The notes: generated by a model from the sequence alone, not told the origin. Counted from the first letter of the whole stretch, positions 1 through 12,720 are shown. The stretch: DNA of 63,385 nucleotides, filler included, from Octopus bimaculoides (GCF_001194135.2; 6 parts of 6 records of this genome joined end to end with filler, not necessarily neighbours in it), one strand, 5' to 3'. Made by a program: numbers and translations.

Positions 1-163
1 AATATATACGTTTTTTGCGTCGTAACTCCTTTATTATTATTAATATAACCAAAAGGATCGATTATTGAAGAGTCTGCATACCTTCACTGTCGTTTTTTTT
101 CTGCTATTTTGGTGATGATTTTTTGAGTTAGCTTATCAATTATTTTTGTTGGTAGTTAATTTA

Positions 164-178
164 TAATATATATATATA

Positions 179-214
<36 letters not shown>
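164..214. repeat. (TA)n + (TTA)n microsatellite
   Basis: Direct reading; explains the poly-N/IY ORF 156..359. Confidence 0.95.
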
Positions 215-215
<1 letters not shown>

Positions 216-1061
216 GCCGAAAGTGGTAGATTTTTCGATATTTCGGACAATCGTTCTCCTGGGTTGAGATGACTGGAGTAAAAAAGAAAACATGAAGAGT
301 TTTACATCTATAATATTAAAAAAAACTGGCAACAATTGATTGGAGATGCAAAGCAACATGAATGTGCAAGCGTAAACAAAGTGGAAAAGGAAGACCTAGT
401 AAGTGAGGAAGGGAAATAAAAAAAAGAGGAGCAACTGGAAGATGGTAAGTGATGGTGAGGAATTAAAGCGAGAGAAAATCTGTTGGATAAAGCAATGATT
501 ACTTTATTAGGGGCCCGTGAAGCTATAGGGAAAATTAGACGTTCATTTGGTGCACTGGCTCGGAGTTTGAATATCATATTTTGTAACATATCCAACCAGT
601 CTGGAATATTATTCAGTATGTATGCGCATGAGCAACAGGTTTTTTTAATATTTCTGCGAGCGCAGAAAACGTGAGATCGATCTGATCAGCTTGTTATCTA
701 GCAAGGACAGTCTCTCTAAAGGTATGAAGTACCACTTCATGGAGGCAATATTAAAAATTTAGATGAGCACTGGGGTCAACGAAAGCGGAAGTGGGATGAA
801 AAAAATGCATGTCTTGAAATATTAACTTTTAAGACGTTTAAGGATCGGTGAATCTCGAAGCAGTTAAAACTATAAATAATAGCATGTAAATAAATACTCT
901 TTGGATAAAAAGAAAAAAACACGAAGGTTACTTTACTCCTTCGAAGAAAAAAAATTTCTCTTTGTTCTCTCGAAGTTTCTAAATTCTTATGACATCAACA
1001 ACATACAATTCTTGCTGATAAGAATAAAATTTCTAAAATGGTTATAGAAATTCGAGGGATT

Positions 1062-1084
1062 GCTTTGGTTCAATGGTAGAATTC
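1062..1084 (+). pseudogene. tRNA-Gly-like 5' fragment (A-box region only)
   Basis: TGGTTCAATGGTAGAATTC resembles the D-arm of eukaryotic tRNA-Gly (TGGTTCAGTGGTAGAATTC); no anticodon arm, T-arm or acceptor 3' half follows. Confidence 0.3.
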
Positions 1085-1695
1085 CTGTCATGTTTACATT
1101 TGATGTATTCTTTCGGGTCCCACGGGCATCCATCGACGATTTCAATCAAAATCGATATTAAGCCAATATCTATATATTTATTCGCTTCAAAATTCACTGT
1201 ACCTAAAAATTATTTCGCAGGAACGTGAATTCCTATGATGTCATTAACTTAAAATACTGCGTGGATTGAAATTAAGTATCAAGATTAAACTTCTCTCTCT
1301 CTCTCTCTGTATATANNNNNNNNNNNNNNNNNNNNNNNNNNNNNNNNNNNNNNNNNNNNNNNNNNNNNNNNNNNNNNNNNNNNNNNNNNNNNNNNNNNNN
1401 NNNNNNNNNNNNNNNNNNNNNNNNNNNNNNNNNNNNNNNNNNNNNNNNNNNNNNNNNNNNNNNNNNNNNNNNNNNNNNNNNNNNNNNNNNNNNNNNNNNN
1501 NNNNNNNNNNNNNNNNNNNNNNNNNNNNNNNNNNNNNNNNNNNNNNNNNNNNNNNNNNNNNNNNNNNNNNNNNNNNNNNNNNNNNNNATATATATATATA
1601 TATATATAAATGAAATAAATAGAATAATGACAAATACACATGTACTTGTACAAGATGAAATGAATAATAATGATAATAATAATGATTTAATGAAA

Positions 1696-2165
1696 ATAAT
1701 AATAATATTTTCTACTATAGGCAGAACGCCTGGAATTTGGAGGGATGAGGCCCGTCAATTAGATAGACTCCAGTATGCAACTGGTATTTAATTTTTCAAC
1801 TCCAAAAGGATGAAAGGCAAAGTCAACCTCGGTGGAATTTGCACTCAGAACGTAAGGACGGACGAAGGGGCCTATTCGGGAAGGGGCCAAGTCGATTACA
1901 TCGACCCCAATGCTTAACTAGTACTTATTTCATCGACCCCGAAAGGATAAAAGGCAAAGTCGACATCGGCGGAATTCGACTTTGCATAATCCTTTCTACT
2001 ATAAGGACAAGGCCTGAACTTTGGGGAAGGGGGATAGTCGATTATATCAACCCCAATACTCAACTGGTACTTATTTTATTGACTCGAAAGGATGAAAAAC
2101 GATGTCGACCTCGGCAGAATTTGAACTCAGAACGTAAAGACAACGCAACAGAAATCCCAAACGTT
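1696..2165 (-). mobile_element. Cluster of ~3 decayed tRNA-derived SINE copies (family A)
   Basis: Repeated ATCGACCCC...AAAGGATGAAAGGCAAAGTCGACCTCGGCGGAATTTGAACTCAGAACGTAA blocks, the reverse complement of the head/body seen at 51079; (AAT)n tails. Confidence 0.9.
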
Positions 2166-2375
2166 TTGGTGAGTGACTTTTGGGTCACCCAGTATATATT
2201 TTTTTACTGTAATATGATAGACTGCTCGTGGACGACAATCACAGGAACAATGACAATAACATTAACGACAAAGATGACAACAGCAGCATTAATTTAATAT
2301 GTAATTAAATAAGTCCTAATATTTACAATCCCAGCAACTAAATTATAAACCAGCGGGGCCACAATCTAATGGCTG

Positions 2376-2415
2376 GACGAATAAAGTGAAGACGAATAAA
2401 GTGAAGACGAATAAA
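2376..2415. repeat. 15-bp tandem repeat (GACGAATAAAGTGAA) x2.7
   Basis: Direct reading. Confidence 0.9.
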
Positions 2416-3391
2416 CTAAAATAGAATTTAAATAGTATTCTGAAAGTTTGTATAGTTATACATGCAACACAGGCGGACATTGTACCTATAGAGTTGGATA
2501 GCGTATATGTGCATATCTGAACGTTGCTAATATCATATGCTAATTTCATAATGTACCTGCTTGGATAAACAGACATGTGTCAACTCGTGCATGGACAGAT
2601 AAATCAATACAAGTGGGAATATATTCAAGATAGAACTAGCAATCAAGTTATAAAGTATATAAAGATAAATTGCAACTGGTGCCTATGGTAATATGAATGA
2701 TTACAAAGAAGGTGTCCCTGAGTTTGACCGATGCCATGTGCTAAAGGTAGGTTTAATAGACAGTCGGGCGGTAATATGATAAATATTGCATTTATGGTAC
2801 GGTGGTCCTATTATAAGTAGTTACAAGCATTAAACAAGTACTCCGACGTTTATGACACTGGTTTTATATTATTTGTTTGTTGAAAAATACAGGTCATTGG
2901 ATCGTAGACAGGAGGGCATTGAAAAAATGTATGTAAAAGAAAAGGATACTTTTAAAAGTTAGAGAATCATTGAGTTGGACATTTGTTGGAGGAAAACAAC
3001 CTATGTTCACTCTGCGGCAAGATTTGAGACCTTAAAGCTGTTTTAAGTGTATACGAAGTCGATTTTTTATTCTTTGAGCCTCAGGTTTCAGAAGAAAGTG
3101 GAAATAAACTGACTGATTACTTTGTAATTGAAACGTATCACTCGAAGACCAACGTCATCAAAATGGATACGTCATAATAACATTATGAATAAATTTTCAA
3201 TTATATTATCAGTTGAAAAGGACAAGAAATTGATCTGATTAATCCCATTTCTTAAATCTATTGAAAACATTATGACTAATAATGAACACAGGAAGATTGA
3301 ATATTTTCACATATACTGCAGTGAATTATTCTCTGCAGAATTGTTTCCGGAATTTTGCGCGCCGGAGCTGAGGCATTTTGAAAAATAGCCC

Positions 3392-3466
3392 CAATGTAAT
3401 CGGTAGAACTATATGCAAGTCTTATTTCATGAAGACAATTCGTGTATAGTTCTGCAAATTATATTG
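3392..3466 (+). ncRNA. Candidate pre-miRNA-like hairpin
   Basis: 75-nt stem-loop with 30 pairs (4 G-U), a 2x2 internal loop, two small 3' bulges and an 8-nt loop, in non-repeat sequence; no match to conserved miRNA families I recall. Confidence 0.35.
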
Positions 3467-4177
3467 ATTCTAGAACGTCTGAGCTGATGAGAACACGGAT
3501 GTTGTTACGTAAGTAAAACGTTAATGTTTGAAGCTGCAGTCCATAGATAATTCTTTATTCAGTATATTTCTCATTTTGTCCTGTTCTGGTGTTTTTGCGA
3601 AATTTTTCTGGAGAACATTATTTTTCTTTGTGTTTGGGTCGTTGATGACCTCTTCCTAGCATATTGGNNNNNNNNNNNNNNNNNNNNNNNNNNNNNNNNN
3701 NNNNNNNNNNNNNNNNNNNNNNNNNNNNNNNNNNNNNNNNNNNNNNNNNNNNNNNNNNNNNNNNNNNNNNNNNNNNNNNNNNNNNNNNNNNNNNNNNNNN
3801 NNNNNNNNNNNNNNNNNNNNNNNNNNNNNNNNNNNNNNNNNNNNNNNNNNNNNNNNNNNNNNNNNNNNNNNNNNNNNNNNNNNNNNNNNNNNNNNNNNNN
3901 NNNNNNNNNNNNNNNNNNNNNNNNNNNNNNNNNNNNNNNNNNNNNNNNNNNNNNNNNNNNNNNNNNNNNNNNNNNNNNNNNNNNNNNNNNNNNNNNNNNN
4001 NNNNNNNNNNNNNNNNNNNNNNNNNNNNNNNNNNNNNNNNNNNNNAATACATACATATATATTATATATACATATGTATGTGTGTGGTTTGCTTTTATCA
4101 ATGACCAAACGATTTAAACCGTTAAAGCAAACCATACACTGGCAGAATGTACATCATTGGCAAACAAATACAACACG

Positions 4178-4224
<47 letters not shown>

Positions 4225-5715
4225 ACACACACACACACATACACACACACACAAAGCAAAAAATAAAACACACTTTGAAGCATAACATTCTTTGTATAAT
4301 ATATGAATAACTCAAACAATACATGAGGCGACGCAGATTTGAACTGCATATCTGACATGAAATAGTCCTCGATGCGTTTACATCACAATCTCATTGTATA
4401 TTTAACTTAGTTAACCATATTACATTAGCTGAACGTTTAATACTCAAGCTTTTCTTTATGTAAATGTATTACTGCAGTGATTACAGCATATGTTATGTCC
4501 CATACAGATAATGGTCACCCAACATATGTTCTCTAATCCTCCATAGTTAGTCATCTATACAGGCTCAATATTCAAAAGGGATATAATATGCACCATGTAA
4601 AAGAATGCTATATTCACTGATATACGTCGAAATTCACACACATACACACACATTTATACCCTACTCCCTATATATATATATGTAAATCCTAGAGTCTGTG
4701 TTATATATATATATATATATAGATATATATATATATATATATATATATAANNNNNNNNNNNNNNNNNNNNNNNNNNNNNNNNNNNNNNNNNNNNNNNNNN
4801 NNNNNNNNNNNNNNNNNNNNNNNNNNNNNNNNNNNNNNNNNNNNNNNNNNNNNNNNNNNNNNNNNNNNNNNNNNNNNNNNNNNNNNNNNNNNNNNNNNNN
4901 NNNNNNNNNNNNNNNNNNNNNNNNNNNNNNNNNNNNNNNNNNNNNNNNNNNNNNNNNNNNNNNNNNNNNNNNNNNNNNNNNNNNNNNNNNNNNNNNNNNN
5001 NNNNNNNNNNNNNNNNNNNNNNNNNNNNNNNNNNNNNNNNNNNNNNNNNNNNNNNNNNNNNNNNNNNNNNNNNNNNNNNNNNNNNNNNNNNNNNNNNNNN
5101 NNNNNNNNNNNNNNNNNNNNNNNNNNNNNNNNNNNNNNNNNNNNNNNNNNNNNNNNNNNNNNNNNNNNNNNNNNNNNNNNNNNNNNNNNNNNNNNNNNNN
5201 NNNNNNNNNNNNNNNNNNNNNNNNNNNNNNNNNNNNNNNNNNNNNNNNNNNNNNNNNNNNNNNNNNNNNNNNNNNNNNNNNNNNNNNNNNNNNNNNNNNN
5301 NNNNNNNNNNNNNNNNNNNNNNNNNNNNNNNNNNNNNNNNNNNNNNNNNNNNNNNNNNNNNNNNNNNNNNNNNNNNNNNNNNNNNNNNNNNNNNNNNNNN
5401 NNNNNNNNNNNNNNNNNNNNNNNNNNNNNNNNNNNNNNNNNNNNNNNNNNNNNNNNNNNNNNNNNNNNNNNNNNNNNNNNNNNNNNNNNNNNNNNNNNNN
5501 NNNNNNNNNNNNNNNNNNNNNNNNNNNNNNNNNNNNNNNNNNNNNNNNNNNNNNNNNNNNNNNNNNNNNNNNNNNNNNNNNNNNNNNNNNNNNNNNNNNN
5601 NNNNNNNNNNNNNNNNNNNNNNNNNNNNNNNNNNNNNNNNNNNNNNNNNNNNNNNNNNNNNNNNNNNNNNNNNNNNNNNNNNNNNNNNNNNNNNNNNNNN
5701 NNNNNNNNNNNNNNT

Positions 5716-6712
5716 AGTTGTGCACCTAACATTTTAACAAGTACCCACAATACAAAGGAGGAGGCAAGTTGTTCTTGCAGGGTGTATAATAACCGTTCAG
5801 TAGGAGGCCGATGTGAAACTGAAGGAGTCGTATATGAAGCTACTGTGACACCTAGACCTGCTATCCGCATTACCAGCAATGTACCATCCAACAGCAATAT
5901 TAACAGATTAACCAGATCTCACGCCAGTACAATCGCCACAGCCAGAGATGATGACCAGTCCGGGACCAGCATAACAGAGGACGTAACCGTCGACCCCAGT
6001 ACCACCGCCATGAACAAACCATTGTCATAGACACAGATAGAGTGACCAGGCCCGGTCCATGTTACCACCAGTACAATCGCCACACCTAGAGATGATCACC
6101 AACCCAGGACCAGCGACACAGATGAGGTATCCGGCGTTCTCAGTATCACCACCTCTGATGATGACCAAACAATTATCATTGATACCGGGCCCACACCATA
6201 TGTTGCCACCAGCCGCACCCGCACTAACGCCGGCAACTACATCGCCAACCATATGACCAGTAGTGACCACGGTGATAACACCACCGGATCATTGCGCTGT
6301 ATCGACTGCATCAGCAACGGTGTTACCAACAACACATCCCCAGGCCCGGAGCCTATCAGAGATATGCCAAAAGTGCGAATATAGCCACATCCCAAATTTG
6401 TAAGTATATCGGATCAGCCAGTACATCTTTCAAACGTCGCTTCTGCAACCCTGAAAGACGGTTCGTCACGCCCCTGGTCCGCCATGTGTAGCACCTCAAA
6501 GATCAAGGGACCCCCATGTGATATCAGGTGGAAAATAATAGATCAACAAGGCTCATATATTAATGGGAGTGGCCGTTGCAAAATCTGCATCGCGGAGAGA
6601 ACCAAACATTTTAAGGACTATACTAAACCTGGCGCGTTAAACAGTCGTAAAGAAGTTTTTTTTCTAAATGTGTCTACTTCAGGCGCTACCTACTGGAAAA
6701 TTGGATATCCCC
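5716..6712 (+). mobile_element. Penelope-like element, GIY-YIG endonuclease region (decayed), with long internal insert
   Basis: Translates as SCAPN...CSCR...GRCETEGVVYEATVT-[insert]-KYIGSASTSFKRRF...LVRHV*HLKDQG..DIRWKIID...RCKICIAER...LNSRKEVF-SKCVYFRRYLL, the motif order of C-terminal PLE endonucleases; stops and frameshifts present. Confidence 0.8.
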
Positions 6713-6755
6713 GTTTGCTGGTTAGGTTTTTTCGGTTCTGTAACGGTTGTTTTGT

Positions 6756-6868
6756 GGAGCCGCAATGGCCCAGTGGTTAGGGCAGTGAACTCGCGGTCGT
6801 AGGATCGCGGTTTCGATTCCCAGACCGGGCGTTGTGAGTGTTTCTTGAGCGAAAACACCTAAAGTTCC
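6756..6868 (+). mobile_element. tRNA-derived SINE head (separate family), runs into gap
   Basis: A-box TGGCCCAGTGG and B-box GGTTTCGATTCC at tRNA spacing, followed by non-tRNA body. Confidence 0.75.
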
Positions 6869-7526
6869 NNNNNNNNNNNNNNNNNNNNNNNNNNNNNNNN
6901 NNNNNNNNNNNNNNNNNNNNNNNNNNNNNNNNNNNNNNNNNNNNNNNNNNNNNNNNNNNNNNNNNNNNNNNNNNNNNNNNNNNNNNNNNNNNNNNNNNNN
7001 NNNNNNNNNNNNNNNNNNNNNNNNNNNNNNNNNNNNNNNNNNNNNNNNNNNNNNNNNNNNNNNNNNNNNNNNNNNNNNNNNNNNNNNNNNNNNNNNNNNN
7101 NNNNNNNNNNNNNNNNNNNNNNNNNNNNNNNNNNNNNNNNNNNNNNNNNNNNNNNNNNNNNNNNNNNNNNNNNNNNNNNNNNNNNNNNNNNNNNNNNNNN
7201 NNNNNNNNNNNNNNNNNNNNNNNNNNNNNNNNNNNNNNNNNNNNNNNNNNNNNNNNNNNNNNNNNNNNNNNNNNNNNNNNNNNNNNNNNNNNNNNNNNNN
7301 NNNNNNNNNNNNNNNNNNNNNNNNNNNNNNNNNNNNNNNNNNNNNNNNNNNNNNNNNNNNNNNNNNNNTGTCCACAGGGCTTTGGCTTTATGGAAATGAA
7401 ACCTTTGGTGACGATGCCCAAATTTAAATTTTTGTTGTAATAATTATTGCTTTATTCTTTAGAATGTGCTTCTTCTCTGATGTATGTTTTATTAACTATA
7501 TATGTGTGTGTATGTATGTATATGTG

Positions 7527-7569
<43 letters not shown>

Positions 7570-8351
7570 TTTACGAATATAGATGTGTGAGTGTGCAAAT
7601 GTGAACGTGTAAGCGTATATATCATATATGCAGATATATCTTCATAGAAATACGTGTGTACACACATACTCGCTTTCATCACACACACGCACGCAATCGC
7701 GCACACGCACACACACACAGACGCAGACACATATACATACATAGTTAATGGTAGGCACAAACGCAAGAAAATGAATTATCTGTTTTTTAACGCTGTTCAA
7801 AATAGCTTGAAGCATCCACTGCAGAAAAGAAACAGGCAATTAATTCTGTCATAATTTATAAGCCAACTCTTAACATTTTCTGTGTAATTGCTCAGCTGCA
7901 ATGTAACAAGGTCTTTTTCAAGAAAGCAATAGTGACGAAGGAAAACGCAGACCTAAATTTGTTGCTTTAATGCACTGGCTGCAAACTATTTTTTTAAATC
8001 AAATGAAATCCAACTGCGAAGTAGATCAAAAGATGACAAAGATATTAACCTTTATTAATTTATTTACACTTCCTACAGAGATGCTTGGTTAAAGTTTCGA
8101 ACGCAGGACAAATTTATTTATCATGCTTTGTTATCTTGTTTGTTTTGGTAAATGTTCAAAGTATTTTTCTGTTAAGCAATAATAGAGTGTAGCATCTTAC
8201 ACCTTTCTATTCGAGTACACATGCGGAGTGGATCGTCAAAGCAGTAGCGGTGCTATTAAGTAACCTAAATATACATGAATTCACCGGCAACATTTCCGCG
8301 ATATGAAGAAACAAATAATACTATATAAATTTCGGAGGAAAAATAACAAAG

Positions 8352-10208
8352 ACAATAACAATAATTATCCTTTCTACTGGAGGCACAAGGCCTTAAATTT
8401 GAGGGGTGGGAACTAGTCGATTATATCGACCCCAGCGTTTTACTTATTTAATTTATCGACCCCAGAAAGATGAAAGGCAAAGTTTTTGAACTCAAAACTT
8501 AGCAACAGGCGAAATACCTATTTCGTTATTGCCCACAAGGGGCTAAACATAGAGGGAACAAACAAGAACAGACGAACGGATTAAGTCGATTACATCGACC
8601 CCAGTGCGTAACCGGTACTTAATTTATCGACCCCGAAAGGATGAAAGGCAAAGCGACCTCGGCGGAATTTGAACTCAGAATTTGAACGTAACGGCAGACG
8701 AAATACCTATTTCTTTACTACCCACAAGGGGCTATACACAGAGGGGACAAACAAAGACAAACAAATGGATTAAGTCGATTATATCGACCCCAGTGTGTAT
8801 CGACCCCAGACGAAATACCGCTAAGTATTTCGCCCGGCGTGCTAACGATTCTGCCAGCTCCCCGCCTTAAACAATAACAATAATAATGGTTTCAAATTTT
8901 GTCACGAGGACAGCAGGTTCAATATAAGGGTTAGTTGATGACATTGACCCTAGTACTCAACTAGTAATTGTTTTATCGACCTTGAGGGACGAAAGGTTAA
9001 GTCGGAACGTAAGAGTGGGCGAAATGTCGCTAAACATTTTACTCCGAGTGCTAACAGTTCTGCCGTTTCGCTACCTTCATAACAATAGTAATAATAATTT
9101 TTTCTACTATAGGCACAAGGCCAGAAAATTTGGGAGCTAGAGGATAGTCGATAACATCGACTCCAGTATGTTACTGGTACTTATTTCATCGACCCTAAAA
9201 GGATGCAAGGCAAAGTCGACCTCGGTGGAATTTGAACTTGGAATTTAGCGACAGACGAAATGCCGCCTAGCATGTTGCCCGGCGTGTTTACGATTAACAA
9301 TAATGCTTTCTAGTAAAGGCACAGGGCCTGAAATTTGGGTAGGGGACTAATCGATCACATCGATCCCAAGTATTTCACTGGTACTTAATTTATCGATCCC
9401 GAAAGGATGAAAGGAAAAGTTGTCCTCGGTGGAATTTGAACTCAGATCGTGCAGGCGGACGAAATGCCGCGAGGCGGTATTTGACAGGTTCAAATTTTGA
9501 AACAAGGCCAGCAATTTTAGAGGGAGTGGGTGAGTCAATTACATCGACTTTATTGATCAACTCATTTATTTTATTGACCTCGATAGGATGAAAGCAAAGT
9601 CGTCTGCGGTGGAATTTGAACTCAGAACATATGATTGGGAAAAATTACCGCTGGGCGTTCTAGCTATTCTGCCAGACGTCTTAATTATAATTCTTTTATT
9701 ATGTTATTTGTTTCAGTTATTAGGTTGCGGTCATGCTGGAGCACGACTATGAGAATAGTAATAATAATTCTTTATAATTTTGATAAAAAGGTCAGTAATC
9801 TTTCGGGGATAGAACAAGTCGACTGCATCGATCCCAGAACTTGACTGGTATTTTATTTTATCGACACTGAAAAGATAAAAGGGAAACTTGACCCTAGCAA
9901 AATTTGAACTCAGAATGTAATGAATCAGAATAATGCCTCTAGATAGTTTATCCAACTTCGCTAACGACTCTACCAGCTTACTAGCAATAATGGTTTTAAA
10001 TTTTAGCTCAAAGCCAGCAATTTTAGAAGCAGGGGTTAAGAAAATTATATCGACCCCAATGTTCAACTGGTAATTACTTTATCGGCCCTGAAATGGACGA
10101 AAAGGAAAGTCGACTTCGGAGGAAGTTGAACTCAGAACGTAAAGACAGACGAAACGCTGCTAAGCATTTTTACCAGGTCTGCTAACGACTCTGCCAGCTG
10201 GTTGTCTT
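8352..10208 (-). mobile_element. Head-to-tail array of ~9 family-A SINE copies
   Basis: Nine successive body motifs, all in the same orientation, mostly separated by (AAT)n tails; three distinguishable tail variants. Confidence 0.9.
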
Positions 10209-11004
10209 GAGATTAATTATAATCATAAAGACAATAATAAAAAACAATATCTTATAAACCGTCTACCCGATATATTTCGTTCAAAGAAGCATAATCTTTC
10301 CCGAAATCGCCGCCTCTTTAAGAAAAGTAATTGTATACAGTTTAAATATGTACGTACTTAGTATACTATAAGTAGAAAAAAAAAAAAAGCAATGCATCTG
10401 CAGTATGCTTTTAGAACATATATAGTTAGATATGTCATACCATGTTGCAACTCTTTTCTGAAGTCTTTTTGACTCGCAGCTATGTTACCAAGTTCAAGAT
10501 TAATAATATTTCGATAGATAAAATTTATGAAACTTACACATTGCCTCTGGTCTTATGTGATAGATAGCAAAGAAAAATGAAGAAATGAAGTTCTGTTCGC
10601 TAACACTAATAATAAATACATATGTACATACTTATTACTTCCACAGATATAGATTTATTTGTAGCAGAAGCACATAGCTGGTGAGATTCAGCCAATGAAA
10701 TCACAGATCACTAAATAATATTCATGCGTCCTTATTTAAACATTACAGCATTTGCCGATATTCCAGTTACATAAGCTGTTTACTGACAATACAATGTTCA
10801 CGAAGTTAATGTCGTAATGAAGGTTTCTAAGCCTAATGTCGAACAAAAGGAATATATATATATATATATATATATACGTGAAAGTACAATGTTTGCTATT
10901 TCATTTTATTGCATACAATCAAATGAACTCTCTGCTATGCTCTAAATACATTTTCTTCCAATCACTGCACCTGATTTTCTTAAAAAAACAATCAAAAACA
11001 AAAT

Positions 11005-11285
11005 TCAAAGAGTTATGGTATAGTACACAGCTCCTTCAGTCTGGTTAGGTCAACCTCCCTTTTCTTCACCTCTGCAGCCTCAGAAAAACTCTTTACTCTT
11101 TACAAATACTCGTCCATTCTATTTACCTCCTTAACAAGCTCCTCCTCCGCTGAGGAGAGCTCATATTCGTTAAGGTCTGAATACATTGTCTCTACCGGTA
11201 TAACATCCACTGCCAAGCAGCACAAAAAATTCCGTCCGACTTGTCAAAAATCAACACAGCGAATATACCGACGCATACGCGGGAA
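11005..11285 (-). other. Decayed coding-like fragment of unknown origin (probably TE)
   Basis: One minus frame reads CLAVDVIPVETMYSDLNEYELSSAEEELVKEVNRMDEYL*RVKSFSEAAEVKKREVDLTRLKELC with few stops; no motif recognised. Confidence 0.25.
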
Positions 11286-11291
11286 GCAAGC

Positions 11292-11360
11292 TTCTTTATT
11301 TCATTAAATTGGCCACACAGGCCGTACAAAGATGGGACGAACAAGGACAGACAAAACACA
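11292..11360 (-). mobile_element. Family-A SINE tail fragment
   Basis: TTCTTTATT...GGCCACACAGG...GGGACGAACAAGGACAGACAAA resembles the tail at 53234-53290. Confidence 0.6.
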
Positions 11361-11439
11361 AAAGGTGAAGAAGCTGCTTTAAAAGTTAATGTCGGAATGA
11401 ATGATTAAAAATATAATAGAATATAATTATTATTGCAAT

Positions 11440-11970
11440 ATGCAATAATTCACGACAAAAGGAAAGGCATCCAGTCATCTGGGTAGAACCTTCACTTGTT
11501 ATCACTGACCCCATTTACCTGGTGTCGATCACTCTCAACTTGCTTGCCACAGTCTTCCATCTTTTCACGAATGTACCCTTTTCTCCAGTCTGATCTTACT
11601 TACGAGGTAGTAACTAAAAAAGTTTACCAGCCCCTGGCCGGAGACAAGGGTACATGTCCTTATTCCTCTTACACGCGTCTACCATACTGTTTCTTTAAGT
11701 ATGGCTACTACGCAGAAGAAATAAGCTCTTCTTTCCCTGTCAAGGGAAGGAGGCGGTACAATCTTGATGATGGACTCCGCTGATAGGTGTACTCTTCCTA
11801 TTACTGACAACAGATGTTCGACAAAAGGTATCAGTCCTGATAACTCCGGACATTCCACGAATGCGTGCTTTCAGAATTGCATTCCTTCGCGTTCGGTAAA
11901 AATGTGTTTATTATGGTAGTTTAACTTTTAGAGTCCCTGTTAGCGTGAGGCATTCTTGTATAGTAATGTC
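11440..11970 (-). mobile_element. Tx1/L1-like LINE ORF2 3' relic
   Basis: Minus translation ...KHAFVECPELSGLIPFVEHLL...AYFFCVVAILKETVW*TR...LVNFFSYYLVSKIRLEKRV fits the zinc-knuckle C-terminus of L1/Tx1 ORF2. Confidence 0.6.
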
Positions 11971-12047
11971 CTTATATAAATTAATATATAAATATATATA
12001 TATNNNNNNNNNNNNNNNNNNNNNNNNNNNNNNNNNNNNNNNNNNNN

Positions 12048-12059
12048 TTAATTAATTAA
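12048..12059. other. Artificial assembly linker TTAATTAATTAA inside a 100-nt gap (also 35827, 48743, 54860, 60696)
   Basis: The identical 12-mer follows exactly 44 N at five sites (44 N + 12 + 44 N = 100) and places stops in all six frames. Confidence 0.95.
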
Positions 12060-12244
12060 NNNNNNNNNNNNNNNNNNNNNNNNNNNNNNNNNNNNNNNNN
12101 NNNTATATATATATATATATCTCCTATCTCTTTATATGTAGACGGTAGAAAAGTAACACACGAGTTATATATATATTTATATATATATATAACGTTGATA
12201 TGTTTCGGCCGAAGTCATTGTAGCTTATTTGCACCACCTAAAAT

Positions 12245-12720
12245 GATGTGTTAAGTAAATATTTTAGGACAAGCTTTGTTATATCATGTATGGACTTGTT
12301 GTTGGCTGAGTTGTGTCCAGATTAGGTGGCTTTACTTGTAGAAATTTGTCCAGTTTTCGGTTCAAGGTGTGTCGTTTTCTTTTTTGATCTGTTTCGATAT
12401 AATGTTGAATAGAGCAGAGAATGTTCAGTGAAATAAATTCTGCTGCAGTGAATTTATGTGCTGTACGGCTTCATTTTATAGGGGATGTATGGCACCTCGT
12501 CCCAGCCTTGCACGAATTCTGAAATTGATGTTAAGGTTGTTTGGGCATTACTACTTGTATATTATTCTCCACATTGTGCATATGATGTAGCGCTCACAGT
12601 GAGGCTGGAGAAAATGCTGCTTAAAAATTTGGGGGCAGCCCCTATAATCAAAATTAATCACGCTTTTCATGCTTTTTGTGATTGTTTTATAGTGTCACTC
12701 ACTTCTCGTAATATTCTTTT
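12245..12720 (-). mobile_element. CR1-like LINE ORF2 3' relic
   Basis: Frameshifted minus translation TITKSMKSVINFDYR...ERYIICTMWRII...RLGRGAIHPL...ALFNII...LNRKLDKFLQ follows the CR1-group C-terminal pattern. Confidence 0.65.

Noticed and set aside
220-830. Purine-rich region with short ORFs and a GTAAGT donor
   Set aside because: No frame stays open or shows a recognisable motif; possibly an old TE but unsupported.
3484-3530. CTGATGA near the hairpin as a hammerhead core or snoRNA C box
   Set aside because: No helix II followed by GAAA, and no suitably placed D box with terminal stem.
4661-5897. Long ORFs spanning N runs (also near 1.3, 3.7, 6.9, 19.7, 29.8, 56.6 and 62.4 kb)
   Set aside because: Length comes from untranslatable N; flanks are microsatellites.
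6756-6835. tRNA gene
   Set aside because: A and B boxes present but no convincing acceptor stem or cloverleaf; continues into a SINE body.
8352-10208. Regularly spaced repeats as a CRISPR-like array
   Set aside because: Units are ~200-bp SINE copies with no unique spacers; eukaryotic context, no cas genes.
12048-12059. Recurrent TTAATTAATTAA palindrome (5 sites)
   Set aside because: Always centred in a 100-nt N gap; an assembly spacer, not biology.
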